From: Isurus oxyrinchus
Lineage: Eukaryota
Direction of reading: 5' to 3'
Assembly (NCBI GenBank): GCA_026770705.1
Contig: JANJGN010000035.1
Coordinates: 13,764,001 to 13,828,000, forward strand
DNA: 64,000 nt
The notes beneath the pieces are model-generated. The model had not been told where the DNA came from. It did not search any database and saw nothing but the letters and a program-made list of their open reading frames with translations. Numbering within the stretch: the first letter of the stretch is position 1; the number at the start of each line of letters is the position of its first letter. Positions 37,060 to 48,947 of this stretch are shown in pieces. Both the position numbers and the translations under genes were made by a program.

Positions 37060-37385
37060 CGAGATGGTGTTCTCGTGGAACTGCAACAGGTCTCATAATC
37101 CAACGTCCCAGGGCACCAATTTAGGGACCCATGTACAAATCCTGCCACATCAGATATTAGAATTTGTGTTTTATAAATATCTGAAATCTACTGTCATAAA
37201 AACGCTTTATCTGGTTATCTTTCGGGAAAATAACCTGCTCTACTTACTTGTTTTGCACACATGTGACTCCAGTCCCTGATTAGAAATGCGGTAGAGTATT
37301 TAAAATGCCCCCTGAAAAAGAATGGGCTATAAATGCTGACCCAGCCAATGACAGTCAACATTGCCAACCCATGTAATGAAGAATT
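37060..37385 (+). mobile_element. tRNA-derived SINE (paralog of 2700-3020)
   Basis: Head ataatccaacg...gggacccatgtacaaatcctgccac; body cacatgtgactccag. Confidence 0.6.
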
Positions 37386-37888
37386 GCAACATCACACGCT
37401 ACCATTGTGACAGATCGAGTAATTGGTGCAGCAATAAGTTTGAGAAAAGAGAAGCTAAAAGGTGGCAGTGGGGCTGCTGCCAGGGGAAATGATCTCTCGA
37501 GGTCGGGCAGGAAATTAAGAGTGCAACTCAGAGTGGAATTGTGCAGCGAATACTGCATGTATGACAATTGTACTGTGAAGCACTTCAGAGGGCAATTTGA
37601 TCTATGTCAATAACTTGAATACCATTGCACTATTGGAAATGACCATGTTGAAATATCTATTATTTTCACTGACTCTATTGAAGAACCTCATGATCTATGT
37701 GGAAAAGTGGAATCTGATTGCACTTTTTGTAATGGTCATTTTGAAACGTTTTGTAAAGTTCTTTCATGTATTTTATAAAATAAGTACATATAATATACAT
37801 ACTATAGGAAGTAATAAAGGATAAATTATAGACTGTTTATCGATGTTATAAAATATTGAAAATCGTTGTGGGAAACCAGGCTTTCAAA

Positions 37889-37961
37889 GCTTGGATAAAT
37901 CAGTCACTATAACGTTAGTTTTTCAATCTGAGTTTTCAGGATTCAAGTCCCTATTCCGAGG
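37889..37961 (+). pseudogene. tRNA-Lys-TTT: tRNA-Lys(TTT) pseudogene
   Basis: gcttggata..tcagtc...aatctgag..caggattcaagtccctattc; paralog of 3543-3614. Confidence 0.75.
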
Positions 37962-39306
37962 CTGAATGTTTGACAGTGCCCTGAGAGATGGAAGTGGTAG
38001 ATAGTGGGTGCTCTCGCAGAACTCAATTGATATGCATCTCCCTTAAGTTTCAAAATCGCCACATATTCTTTGCTTCAATCTTTTTTTTTAGAACATTGTT
38101 ATACTTCTCTTTTGTTTAAAAAAGGCTTCCATACTTGACTCTTAATTGGTCCACATGTTTCCATTCTTCGGGCTACAAGAAATAGTTTCTCTGTCGTGAT
38201 GATGGATGTTATTTTGTTTAGATGTTCTTGGGAATATGGAGGCATTCTCTAAAGAAGACTGTATGTGAGTCTCTCTGTCTATGCGTGTGCCCATGTTTAT
38301 TAAGCGGGGGGACGTTAATAAAGACAGCTTATCTGTGAGGACTGAGGGATAAAATTTTAAAAGGCATTTTTAACTAGAGTTTCTGTTGAGGTTGCTTTTA
38401 CAAGTGCATAGATTGGATTTAAAATCTACTTGATGAGAAACGTGGAGGCTTCGTTTTTCAGCTCTTGATTTTCAAAGGAAAGGTTAGAAGTGCCAAGCAA
38501 CTGTAGAACTTGCCAAGGTTTCACAGCTAACAAAGGGGACGTTATATGGAAGTATTTTAACACAAAGTAGAGGCATTAGGAGAACACAGATTTTAATGTT
38601 TGGAGAGTTAGGATTTTTTGTTTAGTAGACAGGCAACTTAACAAACAGAGCCAGAGCACTGACAGCACCAAGATACTTAAAAATCCAATATTTTATTTTC
38701 ATCAGTGAATTTTCCTACATGCATGACTTAGAATTGTTGACACGTGGTGAGGTCTTTCCAACTGGAATGAAATAGTGGTTAATAAAACTGAGTTATTTAA
38801 AAGCCCAGTGGGAAACCTGAAATAACCGCCATAACCTATATTATAACTGGTATGTTTGAGAGGTAAATCTAAATTCAAGAATGAGAAAGCCAGTTCTCGA
38901 GAGGTTTTTTATTAAAATAAATGGAACATCTTATATGTAAAAACACATTTAAAAACATACACATGCCTACAAATTGCTACTCTCATAACTCTTAATAAAT
39001 TCCCAAACTAATCTCAATTGAGGTATGAGCAAACCACAAGCTATAAGCAGACACCAGGCAAATAATTTCTATCTTAAAAAATCAAAATTAAGTTTCTGAC
39101 AGTTTGGATCCTTTGCAGACGCAGTGCCAGGCTTACAGGCTTTCATCTTGTATTGTCTCTACCCTGCACTCACACAACTGCCAAGTGTTATAACCATCAC
39201 TTCTCAATGAATGTAAATTGTTATTTCATCACCAGCCCCTTTGAACTCCACCTCTTTTAACTATAAAACGTATTTCATAGGACCAATTATATAAGTAATA
39301 TCAGCA

Positions 39307-42300
39307 AAAAGCAAAAAACCGAGGATGCTGGAAATCCAAAACAAAAACAAAAGTAAAAATAACTCGAAAACTCAACAGGTCTGACAGTGTCTGCAGAGAA
39401 TAATGCAGTTAACGTTTCCAGTCCGTATGACTCTTAAACAGATCCAAGGAAAAATAGAAGAGGTGAAATACAAGCTGTTTTAAGGAGGGGGGAGGGGTGT
39501 CGGGACAAATAGAGCTGGATAGAGTGTCAGTGAGGTGGAGTTTGCCAAAATATGTCGTAGACAAAAGGACAAAGGGGTGTTGATGGTGCTGGTATATGCT
39601 AAGAAATGTGCTAATAGGTGAGATTATAGGTAGAAAGCAGGAGGTGTAAGATACAGATGGGGGTGGGGTGGGGTGGGAGGAATCGATCTAGAATCGCTAA
39701 AAGATAAAGATAAACTATGAGTGGAAAAACGCTTTAAAACTAATGGAAATAGGAGGGAACGTAAATATCTATATGTATTATTGGAGAAAAAAGGGGATTG
39801 GAAATCTGGTGGGGATGGAGGAGAGAGTTCATGATCTAAACTTTTGCATTCAAAATTCAGTACGGAAGGCTGTAAAGTGCTTAGTGGGAAGATGAGATGC
39901 TGTTCCTCCAGTTTGCATTGAGCTTCACAGGAACATTGGAGTAGGCCAAGGATGGATATGTGGGCATGAGAGCAGGGTGGAGTGTTGAAATGGCAAGTGA
40001 GAGGGAGGACTGGGTCATGCTTGCACACAGATCGAAGGATTTCAGCAAACCGGTCACCCAGTCTGCGTTTCGTCTCTCCAATGTAGTTGAAACCGCATTG
40101 GGAGCAGCGAATGCAGAAACTATATTGCGGGGAAGTGCAAGTGAAATGCTGCTTCACTTAAAAGCCATATTTTGACTCTTGGACAGTGAGGAGAGGGGAA
40201 GGAAAGGGGCAGTTGTTGCCCCTTCTGCGGTTTCAACGGAAGATGCCATGGGAGAGGCTTGAAGTTTAGGGGGTGAAGCAGGAGCGGACCAGGGTGTCCC
40301 AGAGGGAAAGATCCCCGTGGAATGACGCCAGAGGTGTTTAAGTGCAGATATGTTTTTCGCTGGCATCATGCTGGAGTTGATAGAAATGGCCGAGGATGAC
40401 TTTGAATGCGGAGTCTGGTGGGGTGATCAGTGGCGAGTAGTGAGGCCCTATCATGTTTCTGGGAGGGAGATGAAGTTGTGACCGTGGATGCGCTGGGAAT
40501 GAGCCGGACACGGTTGAGGCCCAAGTCAACCACCGTAGGAGGAAAAGCTCCATTAAGGAAGAAGGAAGGCAAGTCAGAGAAACTGTTTTTGAAAGTGGCA
40601 TCATCATAACAGGTGTGACGGAGGTGAAGACACTGAGAGAATGGGATGGAGTCCTTACAGGAACCAGTAGATGCGGAGCTGTAGTCAAGGTAGATGTGGG
40701 AGTCGGTAGATTTGTAATCAATGTTGGTTGACCGTTGATCACTAGGAATTGAGACAGAGAAGTCAAAGAAGGGAAGCGAAGTGTCAGAGATGCACCAAGA
40801 GAAAATGATGGAGGTGTGGACAGGAGAAAAAAACCGTAAATGTTTCCAGGTCCAGACGAGAGCAGGAAGCAGCTTCGAAGGACTCATCGATGTATCTGGG
40901 AAAGAGTTGTGGGAGGGGGCCGGAGTAGGTTTGGAACCAATTTGTTCCACATACCCCATAAATAGCCAGGTATAACTGGGGCCTATGTGAGTACCCATAG
41001 CCACGCCTTTTATTAGGAGGAATTGAGAAGAGTTTAAGGAGAAATTGTTCAGAGAGTGAACAAATTCTGGCAGTTGCAGCAGAGTAGTTGTGGTTGGGAA
41101 TTGTTCGGGCCTCTGTTCGAGGGAGAAGTGAAGAGCCGTCTGATCATCCCGGTGGGTAATGGAGATCTAGTTGCATTGGACGTCCAGGGAGAAGAGGAGG
41201 CTGTTGGGAGCAAGGAACTGTAAATTGTTGACATGATGAAGGGTGTCAGAGTAAACATGGATATAAGTGGGAAATGACTGGACAATGGTAGAGGGAATGG
41301 AGTCAAGATAACATGAAATGAGCTTCGTGGGCCAGAGAAAGGTAACAGGATCGGTCTGCCCGGACAGTCAAGTTAGGGGATTTTGTACAGGCGGTGGAAG
41401 TGGTCCGTCCAATTTTGTAGACTATGAGCTTGGAAACTGAGAAAGGAAGATCTCTAGAGGAGAGGACGTCAGCCGCAGTCCTGTAAACAATGGCTTGTTG
41501 TTCACTGGTAGGGTAATGGTCTTGGGTGAAGTACGAGGAAGGGACTGTGAGCTGACCTTCAGTCTCTGCGAGGTTGAGGTCAGTGCGACAGACAACGAAC
41601 CTGTCAGCATGTTTGGTGACAAGGTTGGATCTGAGAGAACGGTGTGCAGAAATTTCTGAGAGAGACAGGTTAGTGAGGGTAGGAGGAGCATAGATATTGA
41701 GAGCACTGAAGTACCTCCGACAGTTCTCAATGAAAAGAGCAAGAGGATATAAGATGCCAGAGGGAAGGTTCCAGGTTGAGGAAGAATATTTTTGTGGCGA
41801 CTAACAGGATCCAGTAAATGGGGAGAGGACTCCTGCCCAATGAAGTGAGCATGGGCATGGAGATGAAGACGTTGGAAGAAGATGTCAGCATCATGCCGAG
41901 CTGAAATTCATTGAGATGAGGGCCAATAGGAATGAAACTGGGTAGTTTGCCGAACACTGAACGATCAGCATCAGAAAGGGGAATGTCAGGGGGTATGGTG
42001 AATACAAGTCGAAGGCTGGGTTTGGAAGACGGCAGAGGGATAGAGAATGGAGTCAAGATCGAAAAAACTTAGATCCATGGGGCAGGAAAAGCCTCAAATT
42101 ATCATTCTTCTGGCATAGTCCTTTTTGTACATTTTAGGTAGGAGGTAGTAGTGGAACCTCCGAGATTGGGAGACTATTAGGTTTGAACCTGTGGAAGGAA
42201 GATGTCCAAAGGAAATGAGGTCAGTAACAGTCCTGGCAACAATGGCTGGGTGTTCAGTGGTGTCGCCATCGTCTGGGGGATGGTAGGAGAAAGTGGCTGC

Positions 42301-42524
42301 GAGTTTGTGCTCAACGTCTGCGAGGTAGATGTCAGTGCACCAGACGCCAACTCCACCGCGCATGTCAGCAGATTTGATGACAATGTCAGAGTTGGACTTG
42401 AGAGAACGGAATGCAGCAAGTTCAGACAGAGGCAGGTTCAGAGTGGGGGAGAGGAGCAGATAGATTGAGAGACTAATGCAAGACCGACAGTTCTCAATGA
42501 AATGATCAAGAACTCAAATATTTC
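39307..42524 (-). mobile_element. Penelope-like retroelement (RT + GIY-YIG), decayed, with TSD
   Basis: RT motif AMGTHIGPSYTWLFMGYVE (ORF 40366-41004) and GIY-YIG FCIRCSQCGFNYIGETKRRLGDRFAE (ORF 39624-40157). Flanks aagtaatatcagca / aagtaacattagca. Absent from the paralog at about 4990. Confidence 0.93.
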
Positions 42525-43131
42525 AAGTAACATTAGCATATTGCTTGATCTCTGCTATTAAAATCCCATATTTCACTTGCCTTCTTGAATGCTCTTTTCA
42601 ACAAAATGCAAAAGCACTCTATTGCTCTCAGATCTCAAAAGTATTGTACATCATAGCACTCAAACGATCATGTTTTATGCCAATTGATGCACACCCACAG
42701 ACTAATCCTCTGTTTAAAAACGAAATTCCAATTAGATACATTAATACCTTCGTGACATGAATGACTCAAAAGAGCGTCTGATCCCACACACCAAAACTAT
42801 TTATTTCAGTGCCTACAGGATAGAGTATGCACAGTGCTGCCAATTGGAGTGCTTTCAAATGCGGACACGGTTAGCATTTTTAATGGCACATATCTGTATT
42901 GATGAAATGGAGAGAGGTTGCATCTTATGACACTGCGAACCAGCGAGTATTTGGTGGCAGTGAGAAGATTGATGAAGAGGAGGCAAAGTGAGGGATACTG
43001 CCAATCGCTCTTGGAAATGCTCTGTAGGGGGAGGATTTCTTTGAAATGAAACGAAAAATAAAGGAAAGGGCGACTCCAATGTCTCTTGTCAATGTCTATT
43101 GAGAAGGGCTATATGAAAGCAGGCTTTTGGA

Positions 43132-43204
43132 GACCGAATAGTTCTGTCGTTAAAGCATCAGACTTTTAATTTGAGAGATCAGGGTTCAAGTCCATTCTCA
43201 AGTC
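43132..43204 (+). pseudogene. tRNA-Lys-TTT: tRNA-Lys(TTT) pseudogene
   Basis: agcatcagacttttaatttgagagatcagggttcaagtcc; paralog of 6133-6206. Confidence 0.85.
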
Positions 43205-43324
43205 CGTTGCTGTCTCCTCTCCGAGCTTAAACTCTGTCGAAAGCATTCGGAGCTGAAGGGAACTCACCTTGAATGCGCCTGTCCAGTAGGTGGCTTGCCA
43301 GACCTCTGTTAATTTTAGGAGTTT

Positions 43325-43440
43325 CCTACTCTGAAGAAGAGCCACAGGGATTCGAAAAGTTAACCCTGTTTCTCCTGTCTGCAGCTGCACCAGACTTCAT
43401 GAGTTTCTCCAGCATTTTGTTTCGTTATGAGTTTTACTGC
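43325..43440 (+). mobile_element. Penelope-like terminal repeat relic with hammerhead-like core
   Basis: CTGAAGAagagccacagggattcGAAA; paralog of 6315. Confidence 0.65.
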
Positions 43441-45111
43441 TTCCCTACCCGGAGTGTAGCTAGGATAGAGAATAATAGTGGGTATTTGTAGTTATCACTT
43501 TGGCAATTTTGTTGAAGTTTATAAGCGTTTACAATCTTGCTCATGCAAAATAAATTTATAATTTAATTTGAATAAAATCCTCTTGAAGCTGGGTTGGCTA
43601 ATTACTGCTGAAAAGAAAGCATGCAACTCGAAATTGCAAAAAAGTGTTATGACAGTAATGTCAAGTTTCCCTCTGGCTTTGAGCAACTCAGCATTTACCG
43701 TTGGCTGTTTCATAATAATTGGCCAAAGTTTCAGCCACCCGTGAGATGCAGAAAAGCAAATCCTTGCCGCTGAATTCTCTCCCTATCCTTCTCTGATTCA
43801 GAAGTGATTCCAGATCAAGGAACTTTACACCTTGCCTCAGTTTGAGCAGCTTCAATCGTTTTCCCTGTTTATCAGAATGTGGTTCGACATTTCACGCTGA
43901 CATTTTTTTTTACTGCTTTTAGGCTTCGCTCTTGATTAGTCGAGATATTCCCATTCCTCAGGATCGGGGAAAGTGAGATTTCTTGATGTTTAACCTTCAA
44001 TACACTAAAGAGACCGTGATATATACAATCATCATCCGCCTGAGATAAAGGCAATAGGAGCAAACATTATGCGAATTGTGATCCTAATTAAACCATTAAA
44101 AATAGGATTGATGCAGCTGAACCTGCAAATCTTCCACCCCATGCCAATAAATATTAGTGTTGCTCTGTTTAGTTTCATTTATTATGTCAGAAAGAGGAGC
44201 ACGAGCAGCATCCAGTGGCCTAAAAAACTGTAACAATGTTCCATATGGTCAGGGCTGATCTTGTGTCCAAATACCACGTTCCTGAACTGTTCCCATGTCC
44301 TTTCGTTCCAACAGGACACAGAAAAATATCCAATCCTGTCCTGAATACAATCAGTGCGGTTCTCCTGTGTCTGGAATTCAAAATCTGCAAAAGCCCTTTG
44401 ATGAGAATATTTTGAAAGGTACATTAATGAAAGGACAGTCGTTGGGGACTGTTGCGCTGGCTGTCAGATTCTCAGAACAAGGCATCGGCCATTATTATCG
44501 ACAGGGGAGAACTGTGCAAGGTCGCTGATTACAATCGAGGCTGATGTTGATAATTCCCGGTCTTCTGTCAGAACAAAAGGGACACGAGGACAGGTCAGGA
44601 AGGTCAAATTGAGATAGGAGATGCACTATGACCATATCAAATTTTGCAGCCGTCCGGGAGTGCTGTAAATGCTGCTCGTGCTCCTAATTTTGAAATTCTT
44701 AAGACACGTGTCAGAGCAAAACGCAGGTTACATTGACTTCGGAGGGGAAGGTGTGCAAATTCCAATTTTTAACGCCTTAATCTGGAATACAATTTGCAAA
44801 CTACGTGATCCGATTTTCAGTAATGTGTTAAAATTATTGAAGGACGGATGGAGATGTCTTTTGTATTAAAGTTGTGATGTGGGGAGAAACTTATTCGGCC
44901 TGCCCTGTTGGACGGAAAGTTAAAGTCCAAACAAGGCGCATTGTTTACTAAAGCATCTCACCGTAAATTCCCAAGGACTAGGTAGAAAAAAAATAATTTT
45001 AAAAACAGTCTGGCTGATATTTTGACTGACACCCAAAACGTACACTTTGAGGCTGTAGGGAAATCCAGAATCAGCTTCTTCCAATTATGTCAATCAACTG
45101 AAGTGAACTGT

Positions 45112-45184
45112 CGCCCGAACAGGGACGTGAGTCCTGGATCCTCAGTTTAAAATTCTATTACTCTACTGACTGAGCTATCCGGGC
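45112..45184 (-). pseudogene. tRNA-Lys-TTT: tRNA-Lys(TTT) pseudogene, best-preserved copy
   Basis: Reverse complement GCCCGGATAGCTCAGTCAGTAGAGTAATAGAATTTTAAACTGAGGATCCAGGACTCACGTCCCTGTTCGGGCG: acceptor stem perfect, B box and anticodon stem mutated. Confidence 0.92.
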
Positions 45185-46335
45185 TCCATTCTAAAGCAGC
45201 TGAAACTTCTGAATTTGGGGCACGGGACTACTGTGGATGTGCGCATATTATATTCAAGTCAGTGAGGGTATTTCCCGATGTACTCTCAGAACAGAGGGAT
45301 ATGAAGTCTGATCAAGAAGGCAAAATTGATTGAGAGGATGAGTCATGAAGATATTGGATGTTGGGGAGATCTGAAGGCCAGGAAGGGCGACTGCTGCTCG
45401 AACTTCTGATATTGGTGGAGACACTCGACAATGCAACAAGCGGGATTAGGTTGAGGCCAGGTGGAAGGAATGTAGATTCAGAGGCAGCTTTCCACTTGGT
45501 ATTCGGTTAATTCACCGTACTGTTAACAAAACGAGGCCTGCTGTTGTCTCCAGTGTGTTAAAATAAAGAGTAGGGTGATGGAGATACCCATAGTTTTGAA
45601 AACTTGAAACATGGAGACACTATTTTAGTTTGTTGAAATTTGGGGTCTCCCTTTCCAGGACAGAGATGATGAGGATTATTTTTCTCTCTGAGGGAGATGT
45701 GACCATGGAACTCGCTGTTTCAAAAGGTGCTGGATGCAGGGGTCAGTGAATGTTTTTCTGGCGGAGGGAGATAGATAGATGATTGTATAAAAGAAAAACA
45801 CGTCAGATGCTGAAATCGGAAATAAAATCACTAAATGTTGGAATAACTCAGCTGATCTAACAGCATCGTTGGAGAGAAAAACAGGTAAAGATTCGACTCC
45901 GGATGAAACTTCCCCAAAGTGGATAGACTCTTGTTAGGAAGGGAATCAATTTTTATCGGGAAGATGGCATGGAAGAGGAATCCTCAAGAAAGTGAACAAT
46001 CGTTTTGCTCGGGATCTGTGCATCGCTCTCTCTCGAAATATATCACATCCACCCCATATCAGGCATTTCGTTCCTAAAAATCCGCCCTTCACAGACCTTT
46101 TCCAGGAGATGCAGACCACTCCCTTCTGTTCTGAAATGTTCTTCGTATCCCCAATTCTCGATGTTAGTCTCTGTCATGTGATATGGCAACTGCTGATTCC
46201 AATTGTCCGAAATGGGGCCCCTAATGTTTTGAAGATTAAGTTAATTGAGAGACCAATAAGTTGCAGAAAAGGCAGCCCGGATCCTTCACATTGACGGATT
46301 ACGTGTCAAGGGCTGATAAAATGATGTAATGTGTT

Positions 46336-46557
46336 AAAAACAAAAAAACTGCGGACGCTGGAAATGCAAAAAAAAAGCAAAAACCAAAAAAACAAAAGAA
46401 AAAAAAAACAAAAAATAACAAACAAACCCCCCCCCCCCCTCCCCCCCAAAAAAAACTAAACAAAAAAAAGAAACAAGTTCTGTCGAAGGGTCATGAGGAC
46501 TCGAAACGTCAACTCTTATCTTCTCCGCCGATGCTGCCAGGCATGTTGAGTTTTTCC
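46336..46557. mobile_element. Young Penelope-derived mini-insertion with 12-bp TSD; left arm appears garbled
   Basis: TSD atgtaatgtgtt at 46324-46335 and 46558-46569; empty site in the paralog at about 9714. Confidence 0.85.
46476..46514 (+). ncRNA. Minimal type I hammerhead-like motif
   Basis: AGTT-CTGTCGA-A-GGGTC atgag GACTC-GAAA-CG-TC-AACT. Confidence 0.6.
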
Positions 46558-46799
46558 ATGTAATGTGTTGCTGATTCTGCGGAAGTGCGATGTCATTCAT
46601 TTTCAAAGCAACTCGTTGTCACCAGAGTGAACCATATCATTTGGGAGCAGTTATGAGACTTTAGCAGAGCGAGATCTTCCTTCAAAGATTGCACGTTTTA
46701 CCATCTTCTGCTGAGGTTCCTGAAATCGAATGTCAGTTATAGAGAAATTGACCTTTCAGTCGCTTGTCATTCACGTGCTAGGAATATGAGAATTAGAGT

Positions 46800-47135
46800 C
46801 ACTGCAGGAATTCATCAACTCGCATTTGACAGCACATTCCAAACGCACGATCATGACCATCTAGAAGGATATGGGTAGCAGATTGATTGTAAAGCCATAT
46901 CCAGGAAGTTGCCCTCCAAGGCTCTCACTGTGCTGACTTGCAAATATATCGGCTGTTCATTCACTGTCACTGGAAGAAAACCCAAAACTCCCTTTCTAGC
47001 ATCACTGTGGGTGTACCCTGACCACAGGCACCGCATTGGTTCAACAAGGCAGCTCCACCATCTTCTCAACTGGCAATTAGGGATAGCCAACAAATGCTGA
47101 CCCAGCCAGCGAAGCGCACAACCCATAAACGATTT
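46800..47135 (+). mobile_element. CR1/L2-superfamily LINE 3' fragment (inverted paralog of 10200-10545)
   Basis: ctgacttgcaaatatatcggctgttc...gcaattagggatagccaacaaatgctg. Confidence 0.75.
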
Positions 47136-47399
47136 AAAGAAGGCAAAGAACCTCTGGGTTTTCACTCCTAATCCAAAGATATATAACTTTGTGGCTCAAC
47201 TTTAAACTAAACACCCATCCGAAGTTGGTGGGTTTAAACCTCCTGAGTAAGAGTGTGTCCCCAGACATTTATGTGTTTGATGTTTATGAAACTTCATGAA
47301 TCAGGATCCAACACGAGTGTCTGACTTGCCTTTCGGCAAACGGGCCTGAATGGCGCTACTTCAGTTCTTGATGCGCAGGTCTAAGGGGGGATTTTGAAC

Positions 47400-48075
47400 T
47401 ATCTTGAGGCAGTATGACCTAAGATCAATAATCCTGGCGTTTTTGGTACGGTAACAGTGGGCATTGTTAAGGGTAATGCTGTTGATGTGGTGCACATGAA
47501 CCAGAGGAATGAATTTAATAACGTGGTGCACAACAGAATTGTGAGAAAAGTTAGAGCACATCGAAGAAAAACAACAGTTGCAATATGGATATGAGTTTTT
47601 TCTGAGTGTCAGATAACAAAGGGTAGTTACAAACGTTTGTTCTTTTTTTTCTGGAGCAAGGTTTATATTGTAATTCCATAGGCATGGGTTTGAGGAACTA
47701 ACGATCTTCTGAAATATATGTTAAAGATCTAGTTTTTTTTTTCGTACAGGACTTAATTTCAAAATTTGTAGCTGTAAATTTGTAAATTTGGTGAATCATG
47801 TGGAGAATAATGTAGCAATTCAAAACAACATAGAAATGTTATCATCAGGGGCACACAAGTGGCAGGTCAAAATTAGTTGACTGAAGTATGAAACGATGTA
47901 ATCTGATAAGAATAATGCAGAGAAACAATACAAAACAAAGGGTATAATTCTGAAGGGGTTCCTGGAGCAGTGGCACGTGGCTGTGCATAGATCTAGATAT
48001 GGCAAGGGAATTAGGAGAATCGTTAATAAAGCTTAAATCATCTGGAGCTATATCATTAGGGGCATCATCTATGAA
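47400..48075 (+). mobile_element. CR1 RT relic (paralog of 12220-12870)
   Basis: Shares the derived string gtgcacatgaacca.aggaatg with 12297. Confidence 0.8.
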
Positions 48076-48084
48076 GCCAAGGTG

Positions 48085-48660
48085 CTTATTGGTATTACGG
48101 CTGGACTAATTACTTGGGCACTCAGAGTAAGTCCCTGGAGACCACGATTTGGCTCCTGCAATGGGAGATGTTGGAATTTGAACTCAATGGAAAAAAAAAA
48201 CATTTGGAATTAAAAGTCCTCTCTCTCGGACAATTGGAATCATCTTTCTGATATCGGATCCCCAACAATTCCCTCAGAATCTTTTATATTTCAATCGGAA
48301 CTTGTATCGGTCTTCTAAACTCCAATAGGCACTGATCCTACCGGCTGAGCCTTCCTTCATAAGATGAGCCCTTGAACCGAGGAATGAGTCGAGGGAAACT
48401 TCTCTGTACAGCTTCGAATCTAACTATCTCTTTACTTGAAAATAAGAAGTCCAAGCCTGCAGAGTGCACAGTACTCCGGAATCCCATGACCCAACTGGCA
48501 GGGGAGAACTCCTCTGGGTGCAATATTAGCTCCTCAACGGACACGAGAAGACATACTACCAGCTTCACTCTAGGATCTTGCTTTGTGAAAACTGGCGGCC
48601 GTGTTTGTTACATCTCAACACAGTGAAAACGGATTACAAGCATTTCATGGGCTGCATCAG
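48085..48660. mobile_element. Mosaic: SINE head (+), CR1 fragment (-), DeuSINE-like 3' part (+)
   Basis: ORF 48338-48568 (-) ends FEAVQRSFPRLIPRFKGSSYEGRLSR; SINE motifs lie on both sides. Confidence 0.6.
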
Positions 48661-48767
48661 ACTCAGTGACATGCGCTAGAGAATTTCCAATTCATCCTTT
48701 GGCTTTTGAACACATCAACCCTGCTTCAGAGCAGCGCCCATTGGCATCAGCCGAAACCTCCCCAAAC

Positions 48768-48947
48768 NNNNNNNNNNNNNNNNNNNNNNNNNNNNNNNNN
48801 NNNNNNNNNNNNNNNNNNNNNNNNNNNNNNNNNNNNNNNNNNNNNNNNNNNNNNNNNNNNNNNNNNNNNNNNNNNNNNNNNNNNNNNNNNNNNNNNNNNN
48901 NNNNNNNNNNNNNNNNNNNNNNNNNNNNNNNNNNNNNNNNNNNNNNN
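48768..48947. other. Assembly gap (180 N)
   Basis: Run of N. Confidence 1.

Larger units (their letters stand above)
34450..48070. repeat. Segmental duplication, copy B
   Basis: Same anchors at an offset of about 34.4 kb, rising to about 37 kb after the Penelope insertion at 39307-42524. Confidence 0.9.

Noticed and set aside
45112-45184. Possible functional tRNA-Lys
   Set aside because: The T-loop reads ACTCAC instead of GTTCAA, the anticodon stem is mismatched, and there is no adjacent oligo-T terminator.
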